Shown: positions 35,739-46,278 of the stretch, in pieces
Position numbering within the stretch: position 1 is the first letter of the stretch
Layout: each line of letters opens with the position of its first letter
The notes under the pieces: model-generated
What the model was told of the DNA's origin: nothing
Seen by the model: only the letters and a program-made list of their open reading frames with translations
The model's database searches: none
Made by a program: the position numbers and the translations under genes
Virus record (IMG/VR): IMGVR_UViG_3300037851_000671
Location: 32,001 to 96,000 of that record
Reading direction: 5' to 3' (one strand)
DNA length: 64,000 nt
DNA from: a virus
Taxonomy: Duplodnaviria > Caudoviricetes

Positions 35739-38700
35739 ATGGCAAGAGATAAATGGCAGGGTAGCACACGAGTTAGAGAAGGTGGATTTCTTGTAACACA
35801 TAAGCAAGATTTCCTTCTGCACGTCCAAGGTTCAGCTGACATAAGCCAGGCCAGAACCGATTGGCGTCATACTGCCGATCAAATCGACATGAACGGTCCT
35901 CTTCCCATGCCTTTTGATGCCCCAGACGTTCAGCGTACACTTGAGAAAATTGTTGATTTGGTTGGGCAAGGATTCGTTACCATCGGTGATGGTTATATGG
36001 TTGATGAATACGGCATTGGCACTGATGGCTATGCTGCTAAAGACCTGTACGATGCCTTTCAATCCGCTTTTGCCAAGAGAAGGATTGCTACCACGGGCGG
36101 AATCATTGTCGTAAAGTCTGGTGACTACATTCTAAAAACCACTGTGGTTGTTCCAGCCGGATACACCATTTTTGCCGAACCAAATGGTGCAAGAATCACT
36201 AGTGAAGTTGTTGGTGGTCCAGCTTTCAAGTTCTCGGCATCCACAGATACCATAGATATCGGAGATTCTACCAACCCAGAGGTTCAAACAAAGCAAAGCC
36301 GTATGTGGAACCTTACCATATTCGACAACAGATATGGAAACGTTGCTTTTGGTGGTCCATCAGCTCCATCTAAACCACTTGTTGAAATTGATCAAGCAGC
36401 AAACGTTTTCATTGATATGTGTATGTTTGTTGGTAGGTACCTTGCCTCTGGTGGAAGTGTAACAACCTCAGCTATTGCCGTATCTGGGGTGGCAGGGCCA
36501 TTTTACCCAACAATCTTGCATGTACACAAATCTATTTTTGATGTTGTTTCCACGGCGGTAGCATTCAACCCGATTATTACATCAACCTGTGAGTTGCGTG
36601 TAGAGCAATGCAGAGCAAGAACATTTACAACAGCAATTACAGATTCTTTTGTTCGCACCATTATCGGCAAGATATTTGTGCATAACAACTATCATATTTC
36701 TTTTACACCAACAGGATCAACGGCCGGTTCGTTCATCAATATAATGAACCCACTAATCTCTGATGCCGCTGATGGTTTTGTTAGTGTTATTGGGAACCAA
36801 GGCGGACTTAGAATACCAGACCTTGCCTCAACAAATAACATAGCAAAAAGCCATTTCATTCTTGACTCTCGCCCAACACCATGGGCTTACAAGCTATTGG
36901 ACATCGGCAATGGTTGGGGAAGCGTAAATGGAAACTCTTGGTACATTACTGTTGGTGATGGTATACACTCAACAGGAGATTTCACAGGAGTAGACGCTCT
37001 AGATCGTGTAAATGCTTTGTGTAACACCGAGTTAACTGCTTTGTTTTCAAGAACAGAGCAGGTAGTTATTGTAAACCCAGGCTCATACACAACTACCACC
37101 GCTCTAAATATAGGAAAGTTGATTGGTAACGTTTCTCCAAACGAAACACTGGGAACAAGCAAGAAAGTCATAGTTAGTCTCGGGTCAAACTCTCAGATAG
37201 CCTCTAGCGGCGTATATGACAACATGATTGGTAAGGCCGAGAACATTGATTTCTTTGCATCTGGTAATTTCCAAAGGATACGATCCGATCTTAACGGTGT
37301 TCAGGACCGAAACCTGTTCAAGAACTGCAACTTCACCGATGTAAGCATTTTGATTGACAACTATGAAGGATCTGTTGTTAGCAACTGTCATTTCACACAG
37401 ACAGGAACATACGAAGATCAAATTGGTCTCGTTGTATCTTCTGATAACCTATCTATTGTTGAGGGTTGTGTATTCGACGGCTATGGATATGCACTTTCTC
37501 AATCTTCTTGGGATGGAATGACCGTCCTGAGAGATTGCGCATTCACACAGCACTTCAACTATGACGGATATCAGAACGTAATCAGGAATATAGATCCAAT
37601 ATATGATCAGTCAGTTTACATTTCAATAGGAAACCTGACCAGCAAGACAATAATTGATAATGTTACAGTAAATAGCGGTTCATACCCAATTAGCTCCGCT
37701 ATGCTTGATATGGTTCCAAAATATATCGTTGTAAAAGGAAACGAATCAGTAGCAATTAGAAATAGTCGTTTCATGGGACCAGATCAAGTAACTTCTACTG
37801 GTCCAATTGTAAACTGCTTTGTAGCTCCCGGTATCTCTGCCACAATTACAGATAATGAATTCATGGGAGCTTTACCGCTACACATCTCTGAGTTCAATCT
37901 GGTAAATGGGTTTACTCTTGGTGGTGATTTGAATGTGTCTAACAATCAAATAAAACACTATCTTGGTACCATGACAGCCGTGGCATCTGGAATGGTTATT
38001 GACATAAGCTTGGCAGGCGGTTTGTTCTACTCAAACTGTGATGGATACGATGGTTACGATGGGTATGGTGGAGATGGTTACGATGGATACGGAACAGACG
38101 GATACATACCAGTCACCGATCCTTTCGACGGACAGTTCCCATTCAGCAGCGTGGATGTAACCAATAACAGAATCATTGGACTGTACCGTGGAGGTTTGGC
38201 GCCGGTTCAGTATGTAACATCAAGTTATACAAACCTAGCTTTATGCCAAATCTATGCACCAGGGTGGTCTGTAAACTTCAATGAGAATGAAGTGGTTTAC
38301 GCATGTGATGACAGCCCTCTTCCACCAGGAATATACAGCCAATCTGCGGTATTTATCAACAACGCCAGAGCGATGCCGATCTTTTCCAAAGCCGGGGTAA
38401 AAAACAATGGCATATATCATAAGTGTGATGGATACCAGGGACAATTCTTGAGCGGGCTATATGTCATAACCGATGTTTTGCAAGCTCAGGGCAATAACTT
38501 CCTTTCTTGGTATTGCACTAACCAAGACGTTGAGGACGGATACTTGTTTAGGGCTTATATCAGAACCGAAACACATAGAGCTGGCTCATTGATACAGAAC
38601 AATAGTTTCAATGCCAACGTTGAAAATTCAATGAGTTATCCGATATACATAGACACAACATCTGATGGTTACGGAGCCATCAGCGAAAACTATTTTGATT

Positions 38701-38810
38701 CCACTATGAGTGGTTCAATAAAAACAGGCGATGGATTTGGACACTGGCTATTGACAGACAGAAACTACGCACCAACCACAAGCGGTTACTTGGTACGTGT
38801 TGATTTCTAA
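35739..38810 (+). CDS. Right-handed beta-helix (pectate-lyase-like) appendage protein
   Basis: GGIIVVKSGDYIL...VVVP..YTI.AE helix entry; repeated NC.F, .N.F, .NN.I turns; 13 DGY. Confidence 0.65.
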   Translation: MARDKWQGSTRVREGGFLVTHKQDFLLHVQGSADISQARTDWRHTADQIDMNGPLPMPFDAPDVQRTLEKIVDLVGQGFVTIGDGYMVDEYGIGTDGYAAKDLYDAFQSAFAKRRIATTGGIIVVKSGDYILKTTVVVPAGYTIFAEPNGARITSEVVGGPAFKFSASTDTIDIGDSTNPEVQTKQSRMWNLTIFDNRYGNVAFGGPSAPSKPLVEIDQAANVFIDMCMFVGRYLASGGSVTTSAIAVSGVAGPFYPTILHVHKSIFDVVSTAVAFNPIITSTCELRVEQCRARTFTTAITDSFVRTIIGKIFVHNNYHISFTPTGSTAGSFINIMNPLISDAADGFVSVIGNQGGLRIPDLASTNNIAKSHFILDSRPTPWAYKLLDIGNGWGSVNGNSWYITVGDGIHSTGDFTGVDALDRVNALCNTELTALFSRTEQVVIVNPGSYTTTTALNIGKLIGNVSPNETLGTSKKVIVSLGSNSQIASSGVYDNMIGKAENIDFFASGNFQRIRSDLNGVQDRNLFKNCNFTDVSILIDNYEGSVVSNCHFTQTGTYEDQIGLVVSSDNLSIVEGCVFDGYGYALSQSSWDGMTVLRDCAFTQHFNYDGYQNVIRNIDPIYDQSVYISIGNLTSKTIIDNVTVNSGSYPISSAMLDMVPKYIVVKGNESVAIRNSRFMGPDQVTSTGPIVNCFVAPGISATITDNEFMGALPLHISEFNLVNGFTLGGDLNVSNNQIKHYLGTMTAVASGMVIDISLAGGLFYSNCDGYDGYDGYGGDGYDGYGTDGYIPVTDPFDGQFPFSSVDVTNNRIIGLYRGGLAPVQYVTSSYTNLALCQIYAPGWSVNFNENEVVYACDDSPLPPGIYSQSAVFINNARAMPIFSKAGVKNNGIYHKCDGYQGQFLSGLYVITDVLQAQGNNFLSWYCTNQDVEDGYLFRAYIRTETHRAGSLIQNNSFNANVENSMSYPIYIDTTSDGYGAISENYFDSTMSGSIKTGDGFGHWLLTDRNYAPTTSGYLVRVDF

Positions 38811-38821
38811 GGAGTGTAAGA

Positions 38822-39319
38822 ATGAATGATCAAGTTTTGAATGCGTTTTTCTCGATACAGACGGTTGTTTTCTGTGTTGTTGTTTACACAATAGTACAGA
38901 TAGTGAGAAGTACCCTTGAACGTCTGTATAAGGCACTTCACTTGAAGGTTTCTGCACACTTTGAGGAACACTTGAAGGATTTTTGGGAGCAGTGGTTCCT
39001 ACCAGGAGCACCAATCATTACCGGATTTTTGCTGGGTTGGCTTGTTTCACAATATCCGTATCCAGACCCGTTTGTAAAGACACTTGGAGGAAGGATGTTC
39101 TTTGGAATTGTCGCTGGTGGAGCTAGCGGTTACGTCTATCGTTTTTTCCGCTTCTATGTGAAGAAGTTTCTACCACCAGAGGTCAATAAGAAACTAGATT
39201 CGGTTCTTGGAACTGTTCCTAGCATTTCTCCCGACAGCACCCCTCCAACAGCAGAGGGTGAAAAACCAAACGCTGAGTCAAAAGCCGATGAAGCTCAAAA
39301 AACAAACGATAATCCGTAA
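38822..39319 (+). CDS. Membrane protein, possible holin
   Basis: Three hydrophobic segments and a charged C-terminus; SD aaggag. Confidence 0.45.
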   Translation: MNDQVLNAFFSIQTVVFCVVVYTIVQIVRSTLERLYKALHLKVSAHFEEHLKDFWEQWFLPGAPIITGFLLGWLVSQYPYPDPFVKTLGGRMFFGIVAGGASGYVYRFFRFYVKKFLPPEVNKKLDSVLGTVPSISPDSTPPTAEGEKPNAESKADEAQKTNDNP

Positions 39320-39328
39320 TAGGAAGTC

Positions 39329-42300
39329 ATGACAGTATATCCACAAGCCATAGATGATGACAAAACAATAATCAGAATCGATGACAACCTTTCAGATCTT
39401 GGTGGTATCTCAATCAACCAACTCAGAGAAGCTGTTTTCGCTTTGGAAAAAACCATTGGTACGATGGTTTTTGGTGCCAAGTCTTCCTTGACAGATAGGC
39501 TTGCGGTATCTCTGAATGACGATGGAACAATTCGTACAGAGGCGCTTCAAGCTGTCGGTTTGGCCACACTCCCAATCACAAATTCTCAGGTTGCACCTAA
39601 TGCCGGCATTCTTGAATCAAAACTATCTCTATCTTATTCAACCGGAGACCTGAACACTCGTTTGGTATCTCAATTGAATCAGATTAACAACCTGAATGAC
39701 CTGTTCATAGCCAACAGATCAAATCTTGGCATACACACTGCTGGCGGACAGTTTTTAGTTGATGGTTCTACTCCAGCAAGACACGTAGCCAGCCAGATAG
39801 ACATCAACGCAGTCCCATTTGACGCAAGAGATGCTGCATTTGTGTGGACAGGTATCAAGGATAAATATGGAAATCTGCGTAGCGCCACCCAGGTTTCCCA
39901 GGCCATACAACAAGTAAATGACGACCTTGTAAATCATGAGAATTTGACAACGGGCGCTCACCCGGCAACTGCCATTACAGTTGATGCAACCAAATTTACC
40001 ACAATATACGGAGCCTCAAACGTTCAACAGGCTTTGGAGTTCTTGGATGACAATGAAACCAAGTCATCTGGCATTGATAGAGCAACAATGGGCTCCAATG
40101 GTATTCCAAGAGCAGCAAGAGGACAAGCTTTCAACTTGCCTGACGGATATCACATCAACGTTGTCCCACCAACACCGGTTGTTACGTTCCTGGCCCAACC
40201 AGCACACACGGCTCCAAGAGATTCTACAACAAACGGAGATGATCTTGTCAGATTTTATCCAACTGACAATACAAACTACGTTTTTGATTCTATGTTTACC
40301 AATGTTGTGGTTGGTGATATCATAAGAATCAATTACGGAAATGGAATTGAAGGTGTATTCGAAATTGCATCGATAAGGTTGGATGCTGGCCTTGAATGGC
40401 AAGTAAGGATCAATGGCTATAACCTGGCAGATGGAGCTGGTGTTGCTAGAATTGATCGTCCACGTTTTGACACAACCACAAGAGGTGCTTTTGCTGTAGC
40501 TATGGCTCCTCCAGATGTTAATCCGGATCTTGGTTGTGCTACAAATGCTTCTAGTGTGATTGTTGGCAGCCCTCGTGGTGCTGTTGCTGTTGGTGTTGGA
40601 TTTGATCCAAACCAACTAGACAAAAATCACTATGCTTTGTATCTTAGACTATACCCAACAGGTGTTCCGTCTGTTTTTGTAGACCTCCCTGGTATAGACG
40701 TAACCGGAAACCTCGGCTCAACACCGGGACACTATAATCTTGATATTGTTGTAGAGGAAACAAACAAGCAGCTTAGGAAAGCTGGTTACAACTATCGTTT
40801 CATAGCATTTGCATCAAAGGGCGAATACGGTATTATGCTTGCTGATGCAATAAATCTAGCATCATTCAGTATTATTACTGGTACTGTTGATAACACACAG
40901 GTGGTGGTTGGATCGTATATCAGTAACGTCATCGGAGATGCTACTGACGGATATGATGCTTTGGGTCTTGGCGCAACAAGGGCAGGATACGCTTCACCAG
41001 CACAGTCAACGTATACAAACGCACAAGCCGCAGCAGGGTTCAGCACAAGAATTATTGCCCCTGTAAAAAATAGAAACGGAATTATCAACGGTGTTAGAAG
41101 AGATTTTCTTGCTAATGCTGGACAAACTGGTGTAAATGATTTCTGGACAGCTACAATAACAAATACAAATGTAGATTTTGCTGCTGGAACTGTAACTGTA
41201 CAATATACGGTTGCGGCAGATTTGGCAACACAAGAACTTGCAGTTGGTAAAACATTGGTTGTGCAGCCTGTAACAACACCTGGAACCAATGTCTCTGACT
41301 ATGGACGATTCATCATCGGGAGCGTAACATATAGTGCTGGAACAACCATCATATCTGTTATCAATGGTGTTCATGGACAGGGAACGGCCATCAGTCCAAC
41401 ACTACCTGTTGGAGCACAGGTAAGGCTTTACTTCTCCAATGATTCTGTGTCTTTTGATGGTTTGAATCTCGCTGGTAACGGTGTTGATTCAAATGATTTT
41501 CATAGATATCACGAGGTATTTGTAGATCAAGACTCAAATACATTTGCTGTTGAGAGAGCCCGTATGGAAAAGGGCGGAATGACAGCAGGAAAGCTTGATA
41601 CAAATCTTTCAGGTTGGAGAATACGTCAAGTATCTCCAAAATTGAGCGGATACAGGACAGGTTCAGGTTTCAACCACTGGGTTCGTTTTGTAATCAGCTC
41701 TTGGAACCAGACAACAGGAGAGTTTACTGGCTATCTGTGTGAACCAAGTGGAACCCTTGTAACAAAAAACAAGGGACCAGTTGTTATTGGTAAGAAAAAT
41801 CATCCAGTTAGGTTCTATGATATAAGCGGTGTAAACTTTATAGACATAGAATACCGTGAAAATGACATTTCTCCTGGTGTTGTGCTTTTGCCAGACACAA
41901 CGGCAAGATATGCTGACATAGAGCTGTTCCAAAGCATGACAACAGACGATGAGGTGTTCTTATTGGCTGGTGTAAGCCATAACGTCAAAACAATCACTGC
42001 TGTCACTGACCTTAGAGAGTTTGGAACGCTTAGTGAAAGGAATTTTACAGATTCGGCTATTCGTTTCATTGAGGCTGGAGAACGTCACCTGCATGCAAAT
42101 GGTATTGTAAGAGGTTTTGAATACCAAAGCACAGTAAGAGGTTCATTGCTATTCTTTGCCGGTGGTATGGCGGTTGTCAATGGTAAATTTGTTGCCGTTG
42201 ATGCGTTGAACGTCAAAATACCAGACATCAATACAACAAGATCTACAACTGTTCAATTCTTTATTTGTGTAACAGAGCTTGGACAGTTGAAAGCTGTTGT

Positions 42301-44398
42301 AAAATCTGACGGTCAGCAATTCTTTACAACCGATAACTATTTTGTAGAATCACTTACTTTCCAAGAGATTGTTGACAGAAGAAAAGACCTTCTTGTGTTG
42401 GCAAGGGCCTCTGTCACATTCTCTGGTGGATTACCAACAAGCGTATCGGTTACAGATGCCAGAAGATTCTCAACAAACGAAAGCATCAACCATTATTCGT
42501 GGTCTAACGATGATGGATACATGGCGTCGTTCAGGAACACTGATTCCATCGGTGTTTGGGTTGATGAATATGGAATATCAGAAATTGAACTAAGGTATCT
42601 AAAGATTACCGATACAACACCATCAATAAATATATCTGCGTCAAAACAACTAACAATCAAAGGCGGTTTGATTGAGGTTAATGCAAATAACGGTTTGACA
42701 ATTGGTACAAATATAAAACTTCAAAACGCAAAAATAGTATATGCACCAACGTCAACGTTTGTAGAAAATGATATTGTAAATGTTGTGAACAATAACGCGG
42801 CTGTATTTCTGACAGCCGGTTCCAACAACATGTCTATTGATAATTGTTATCTGTACTCAAGCACAAATAGAAGACCACCATACATTGCGATGTATTCTGG
42901 TTTTAGCAATAGAACGCTAGATGTGCAAATATCTAATAACAAGTTTGTTGACAACGGTTTGGCTAATTCGGATGTTGCGATAGCTGTCATAAATACAGAT
43001 CCGATGGGTGTAATGTTCCCAGCAATCAAAAACTGGATCATTGATAATAACACTGTAAGTTCAAAACAAACGTTATTGATAACATCAAAAACAAATCCAA
43101 ACCCTGTTGCTGTAGACGGAGAGATAACCAACATAAGCGGTGTATTGGTTGATAACGTAACAATTTCAAACAATATTTTTGGTGCTATCGCGTACTCCGT
43201 TATCGGTGATGGCCCTGGTCATTTCAAGATTAATAAAAACACAGCTGACGTGATATTGTCGGGTGTTGGTGCTACAATTCATCCAATTACGCATACCTAT
43301 GGGCTTGGCATCAACGAATTGTCACTAATGGGGGCGTATACAACAATCAGTGATAACAAAACAGGAACAATCAAAACAGAGGCTGTAAAAACAACGATAG
43401 TATCTGATAACATTGTTAACAAAGACGATGCCAATGTAACAATTACAAGATTTATTCCACTACAAACACAACAGTCTTACGGAATCACAATTCTACAAGA
43501 TGACGGTGATACCACATCAAAGGCGGTTTGTATTGGAAATGAGATAACAGGTTCGTTTGACCACCCAATCCACTTCATTGCTGGCGGAACGATTAGCGGG
43601 AACACCATCTCTGGTATTGCTACTGGTGGGTGTGGAATATACTCGGTTGGTGAAGAGCCTAACCAGATAACATCAATAAACGGAAACACAATACAGCGCG
43701 GTACCACAACAATCAGCGCATATATTTCCGCAAGTGATTCAACTGCAATTGTTGGAAACGCTTTTGACAAGTTTGGCGTTGGTGATGGGTATGGTGATGG
43801 GTATGTGGACGGATACTTCGGAGCTGATGGTTACACTATCATTGGTGGAAACTATGCGGCTCACAACATCAATCAGGTTGTAAAACAGGGCATCAATCTT
43901 CAGAATTCAATTCCTTTGATTGGTGCGGTTGACCACGTGTGGGTAAATGACCCTACAACATTTGAGGTTGCTGATATCAAGACTGCCAAAAACATATACT
44001 CAATAAATAACCTTGATATAATAAGCACTTGGACTTTCAACGGGTTCAGTGATGTAGCAGAAAGAGCCACGGCTGGTATATACATACCTCTCGATTCGTG
44101 GCTTCCAAGAGAGTCATTTGTGCTTGAGTTCTCATTTGGATGGAATATATCCCACGCTCCAACACAAGGTACACTCAATTTCTCATTCAATGGCGTTACA
44201 TTTCATTCTGTTGATTTGAGCGTTACGACAGCGGGTGCGGCAGTGTACTACAGTAATTATCTAGTGACAGGTTTGAGGCCACCGAACCCACAGTCAATTC
44301 GTAAGTTCATCAAGGTTTGGGTAACCGATCTGGTAACGGATACAATTCCGAAGCAAACAATCCAAATATCAAGTCCAAACATAACTTGGGCGTATTAA
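39329..44398 (+). CDS. Large appendage/fibre protein with C-terminal beta-helix region
   Basis: 1689 aa; N-terminal YPQAIDD...INQLREAVFALEKTIG; H.A..I and NVQ.Al motifs; ISNN/ISDN/ISGN repeats near the C-terminus; 7 DGY. Confidence 0.6.
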   Translation: MTVYPQAIDDDKTIIRIDDNLSDLGGISINQLREAVFALEKTIGTMVFGAKSSLTDRLAVSLNDDGTIRTEALQAVGLATLPITNSQVAPNAGILESKLSLSYSTGDLNTRLVSQLNQINNLNDLFIANRSNLGIHTAGGQFLVDGSTPARHVASQIDINAVPFDARDAAFVWTGIKDKYGNLRSATQVSQAIQQVNDDLVNHENLTTGAHPATAITVDATKFTTIYGASNVQQALEFLDDNETKSSGIDRATMGSNGIPRAARGQAFNLPDGYHINVVPPTPVVTFLAQPAHTAPRDSTTNGDDLVRFYPTDNTNYVFDSMFTNVVVGDIIRINYGNGIEGVFEIASIRLDAGLEWQVRINGYNLADGAGVARIDRPRFDTTTRGAFAVAMAPPDVNPDLGCATNASSVIVGSPRGAVAVGVGFDPNQLDKNHYALYLRLYPTGVPSVFVDLPGIDVTGNLGSTPGHYNLDIVVEETNKQLRKAGYNYRFIAFASKGEYGIMLADAINLASFSIITGTVDNTQVVVGSYISNVIGDATDGYDALGLGATRAGYASPAQSTYTNAQAAAGFSTRIIAPVKNRNGIINGVRRDFLANAGQTGVNDFWTATITNTNVDFAAGTVTVQYTVAADLATQELAVGKTLVVQPVTTPGTNVSDYGRFIIGSVTYSAGTTIISVINGVHGQGTAISPTLPVGAQVRLYFSNDSVSFDGLNLAGNGVDSNDFHRYHEVFVDQDSNTFAVERARMEKGGMTAGKLDTNLSGWRIRQVSPKLSGYRTGSGFNHWVRFVISSWNQTTGEFTGYLCEPSGTLVTKNKGPVVIGKKNHPVRFYDISGVNFIDIEYRENDISPGVVLLPDTTARYADIELFQSMTTDDEVFLLAGVSHNVKTITAVTDLREFGTLSERNFTDSAIRFIEAGERHLHANGIVRGFEYQSTVRGSLLFFAGGMAVVNGKFVAVDALNVKIPDINTTRSTTVQFFICVTELGQLKAVVKSDGQQFFTTDNYFVESLTFQEIVDRRKDLLVLARASVTFSGGLPTSVSVTDARRFSTNESINHYSWSNDDGYMASFRNTDSIGVWVDEYGISEIELRYLKITDTTPSINISASKQLTIKGGLIEVNANNGLTIGTNIKLQNAKIVYAPTSTFVENDIVNVVNNNAAVFLTAGSNNMSIDNCYLYSSTNRRPPYIAMYSGFSNRTLDVQISNNKFVDNGLANSDVAIAVINTDPMGVMFPAIKNWIIDNNTVSSKQTLLITSKTNPNPVAVDGEITNISGVLVDNVTISNNIFGAIAYSVIGDGPGHFKINKNTADVILSGVGATIHPITHTYGLGINELSLMGAYTTISDNKTGTIKTEAVKTTIVSDNIVNKDDANVTITRFIPLQTQQSYGITILQDDGDTTSKAVCIGNEITGSFDHPIHFIAGGTISGNTISGIATGGCGIYSVGEEPNQITSINGNTIQRGTTTISAYISASDSTAIVGNAFDKFGVGDGYGDGYVDGYFGADGYTIIGGNYAAHNINQVVKQGINLQNSIPLIGAVDHVWVNDPTTFEVADIKTAKNIYSINNLDIISTWTFNGFSDVAERATAGIYIPLDSWLPRESFVLEFSFGWNISHAPTQGTLNFSFNGVTFHSVDLSVTTAGAAVYYSNYLVTGLRPPNPQSIRKFIKVWVTDLVTDTIPKQTIQISSPNITWAY

Positions 44399-44403
44399 AT
44401 GCC

Positions 44404-44431
44404 AAAGGCCAGGGATGAAACCCTGGCCTTT
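44404..44431. terminator. Bidirectional terminator between convergent genes
   Basis: Perfect 11-bp inverted repeat aaaggccaggg/ccctggccttt with a 6-nt loop, short A/T tracts on both sides. Confidence 0.8.
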
Positions 44432-44450
44432 TAAATTTGCAATTTGTATT

Positions 44451-45143
44451 TCAAGGAGTGAGGCAACACCAACCGTTAAGTCCGGAAGCAATGGGGGTTT
44501 TTGCACACCTGGTGGCTGTAGAAGGAGGGGCTACACATTTGAAAGCTGCAAAGAAATATGCATAACCACCTTCGCTACAAAATGTTGGAAGATTCGATCC
44601 TGATGACGGTTCACAAGTACAACCGCCAGTACAAGTAGAAGGAACGTTAGCGGTATTTCCTGTATTATTGTTGCCGGCTACACTGCCACTTCCAGTTGTA
44701 TTTCCGGTTCCAGCTGTGTTGCCAGTATTTCCATTCCCAGATCCAGCATTGCCAGATCCAGCATTGCCGGTCCCTCCGCCGCCAGCATTGCCCGACCCTG
44801 TGTTGCCAACATTTCCAGTTCCAGCGTCACCGGATCCGGCCTCACCAGATCCTTTGTTACCGGATCCAGCATCACCAGATCCGTTGTTACCGGATCCTGC
44901 AATTATGGTGGGTTCTCCGGCAATATTGATAGGCATACCGGCAACACCTGGATTTTTACCAGCAATTACGGGTTCCTTGCCAGCGGCGGCGTTGTTTCCA
45001 GCATTTCCGTTTGAGACGTAATTTGCTGTATTGCCTGTATTTGGAGCTCCGGCGGGTTGCTCAACATCTGGCCTGGCCTCGAACCCTGGGCCTGAGCAAG
45101 CAACAGCTGAAAAGCAAAGGGCAGCGAGTATCAGCTTGTTCAT
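44451..45143 (-). CDS. Predicted lipoprotein with Gly/Asn/Ser-rich linker and Cys-rich C-terminal domain
   Basis: MNKLILAALCFSAVA|C (lipobox-like); GSG.AGSG repeats; 7 Cys in the last 60 aa; SD gagga on the minus strand. Confidence 0.75.
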   Translation of the reverse strand: MNKLILAALCFSAVACSGPGFEARPDVEQPAGAPNTGNTANYVSNGNAGNNAAAGKEPVIAGKNPGVAGMPINIAGEPTIIAGSGNNGSGDAGSGNKGSGEAGSGDAGTGNVGNTGSGNAGGGGTGNAGSGNAGSGNGNTGNTAGTGNTTGSGSVAGNNNTGNTANVPSTCTGGCTCEPSSGSNLPTFCSEGGYAYFFAAFKCVAPPSTATRCAKTPIASGLNGWCCLTP

Positions 45144-45184
45144 GTTATTTTCCTCTGGTTTGGTTGCTCAAGCTGTTGATTGCC

Positions 45185-45212
45185 AGTGTAACTCTTCTTG
45201 TTCGGATGTCAA
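45185..45212 (-). promoter_or_regulatory. Sigma70-type promoter for the lipoprotein gene
   Basis: Minus strand TTGACA (45212-45207), 16 nt, TACACT (45190-45185), about 40 nt before the ATG. Confidence 0.7.
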
Positions 45213-45373
45213 CGGGGTCTTTTCGTTTTACCTACACTGGAATAAGATGCTGAATCGCGTCATCTATGTTTGCTTCTGAATCGTTATCGAGAGCAATCAA
45301 GTGCTTAGCTAGCAGATATACACGAAAAGATGCCTGTCAAGGAACGTGGCGGCGAATATTTCCGCATACGACC

Positions 45374-46213
45374 ATGGTCAATCCAACAACCGGCATTCCT
45401 TCTTTTGGCACACCAGCCGTTGGCAACCTGGAAAGATCAGATCTCTACGGGATATACAACGTTGTCCAGAACACCCTGATGGCTTATCCGAAGGATTTGG
45501 TTGTCAGCGTGTTGAGAGACGAATTTAGTAAAGATTCGTATTATCATTTTGTTTTAGACGAATTCGGTTTCCCAAAAACCCCGGATCATACTGACATGCC
45601 ATTGGATGCTGGTTTCAATGACGATCAGACAACCAGAATTTTCATTGGGGAGCCTTGGAGATTTGATGTAATCCTGTATCCTGCAATTTTAGTGAAAATA
45701 ACCTCAGCCAAATACGTACCAATCTCGATGAGTAGAAATAAGTATGTAGTTGAGTATGATAGGCAGTTATTTGCAGATGGATATGGAAACTACAAAGAAG
45801 TTATGACGCCTTTGTATTACGATGTTGCTGGTGTGTGGGAAGGCAACATGCAGATTGATATTATTGATCGTGACATACTTTCTAGGGATAATCTAGTAAG
45901 TCTAGTGATGTTGATGCTTGCTGATGTGAAGTATGAAAACTTCAGGAAAGCTGGTTTGGTATTGAAACCACCATCTCTTAGCGGTTTGACTGAGGGAGAT
46001 GACAGACAGCAAGAAAAAATATACAAGGCAACAATAAGTGTTGATTACAGAACAGAGTGGCGCAGGCTCATCCCTATAGAGAAGATTGTTGATAAAATCA
46101 ATGTTTGTCTGGAATTTGGCCAGATTGTTAACAATCAAGTAACCGGGCCAACCAATCCAAACTTTGATATCAACATAAGCCTTAGCATTCTTGATCAAAT
46201 AGAGAACTTGTAA
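45374..46213 (+). CDS. Probable tail terminator/completion protein
   Basis: Directly before the sheath gene; YPAILV...G..QIDI..RD...RD.L..L pattern. Start taken at ATG 45374. Confidence 0.6.
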   Translation: MVNPTTGIPSFGTPAVGNLERSDLYGIYNVVQNTLMAYPKDLVVSVLRDEFSKDSYYHFVLDEFGFPKTPDHTDMPLDAGFNDDQTTRIFIGEPWRFDVILYPAILVKITSAKYVPISMSRNKYVVEYDRQLFADGYGNYKEVMTPLYYDVAGVWEGNMQIDIIDRDILSRDNLVSLVMLMLADVKYENFRKAGLVLKPPSLSGLTEGDDRQQEKIYKATISVDYRTEWRRLIPIEKIVDKINVCLEFGQIVNNQVTGPTNPNFDINISLSILDQIENL

Positions 46214-46214
46214 C

Positions 46215-46278
46215 GCATAACCAAGCATAGTTTTGAGGCTTAGCGTGTAAGGGTAATAATTGAGCATAACACCAAGCA
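46215..46278 (+). repeat. 15-nt direct repeat gcataaccaagcata (46215-46229, 46264-46278) upstream of the sheath gene
   Basis: Read directly; each copy contains the class A motif TAA-CCAA-GCAT. Confidence 0.85.

Noticed and set aside
38040-38105. DGY arrays as DNA microsatellites or as DxDGDGY calcium-binding repeats
   Set aside because: Codons vary between copies and the upstream DxD is missing.
44820-44900. 30-nt tandem repeats as a CRISPR-like array
   Set aside because: No unique spacers; they encode the GSG.AGSG linker of the lipoprotein.
45315-45479. 49-aa ORF starting 9 nt after GATATA at 45315
   Set aside because: Overlaps the tail terminator gene out of frame and has no recognisable features; kept only as a possible extra class B site.
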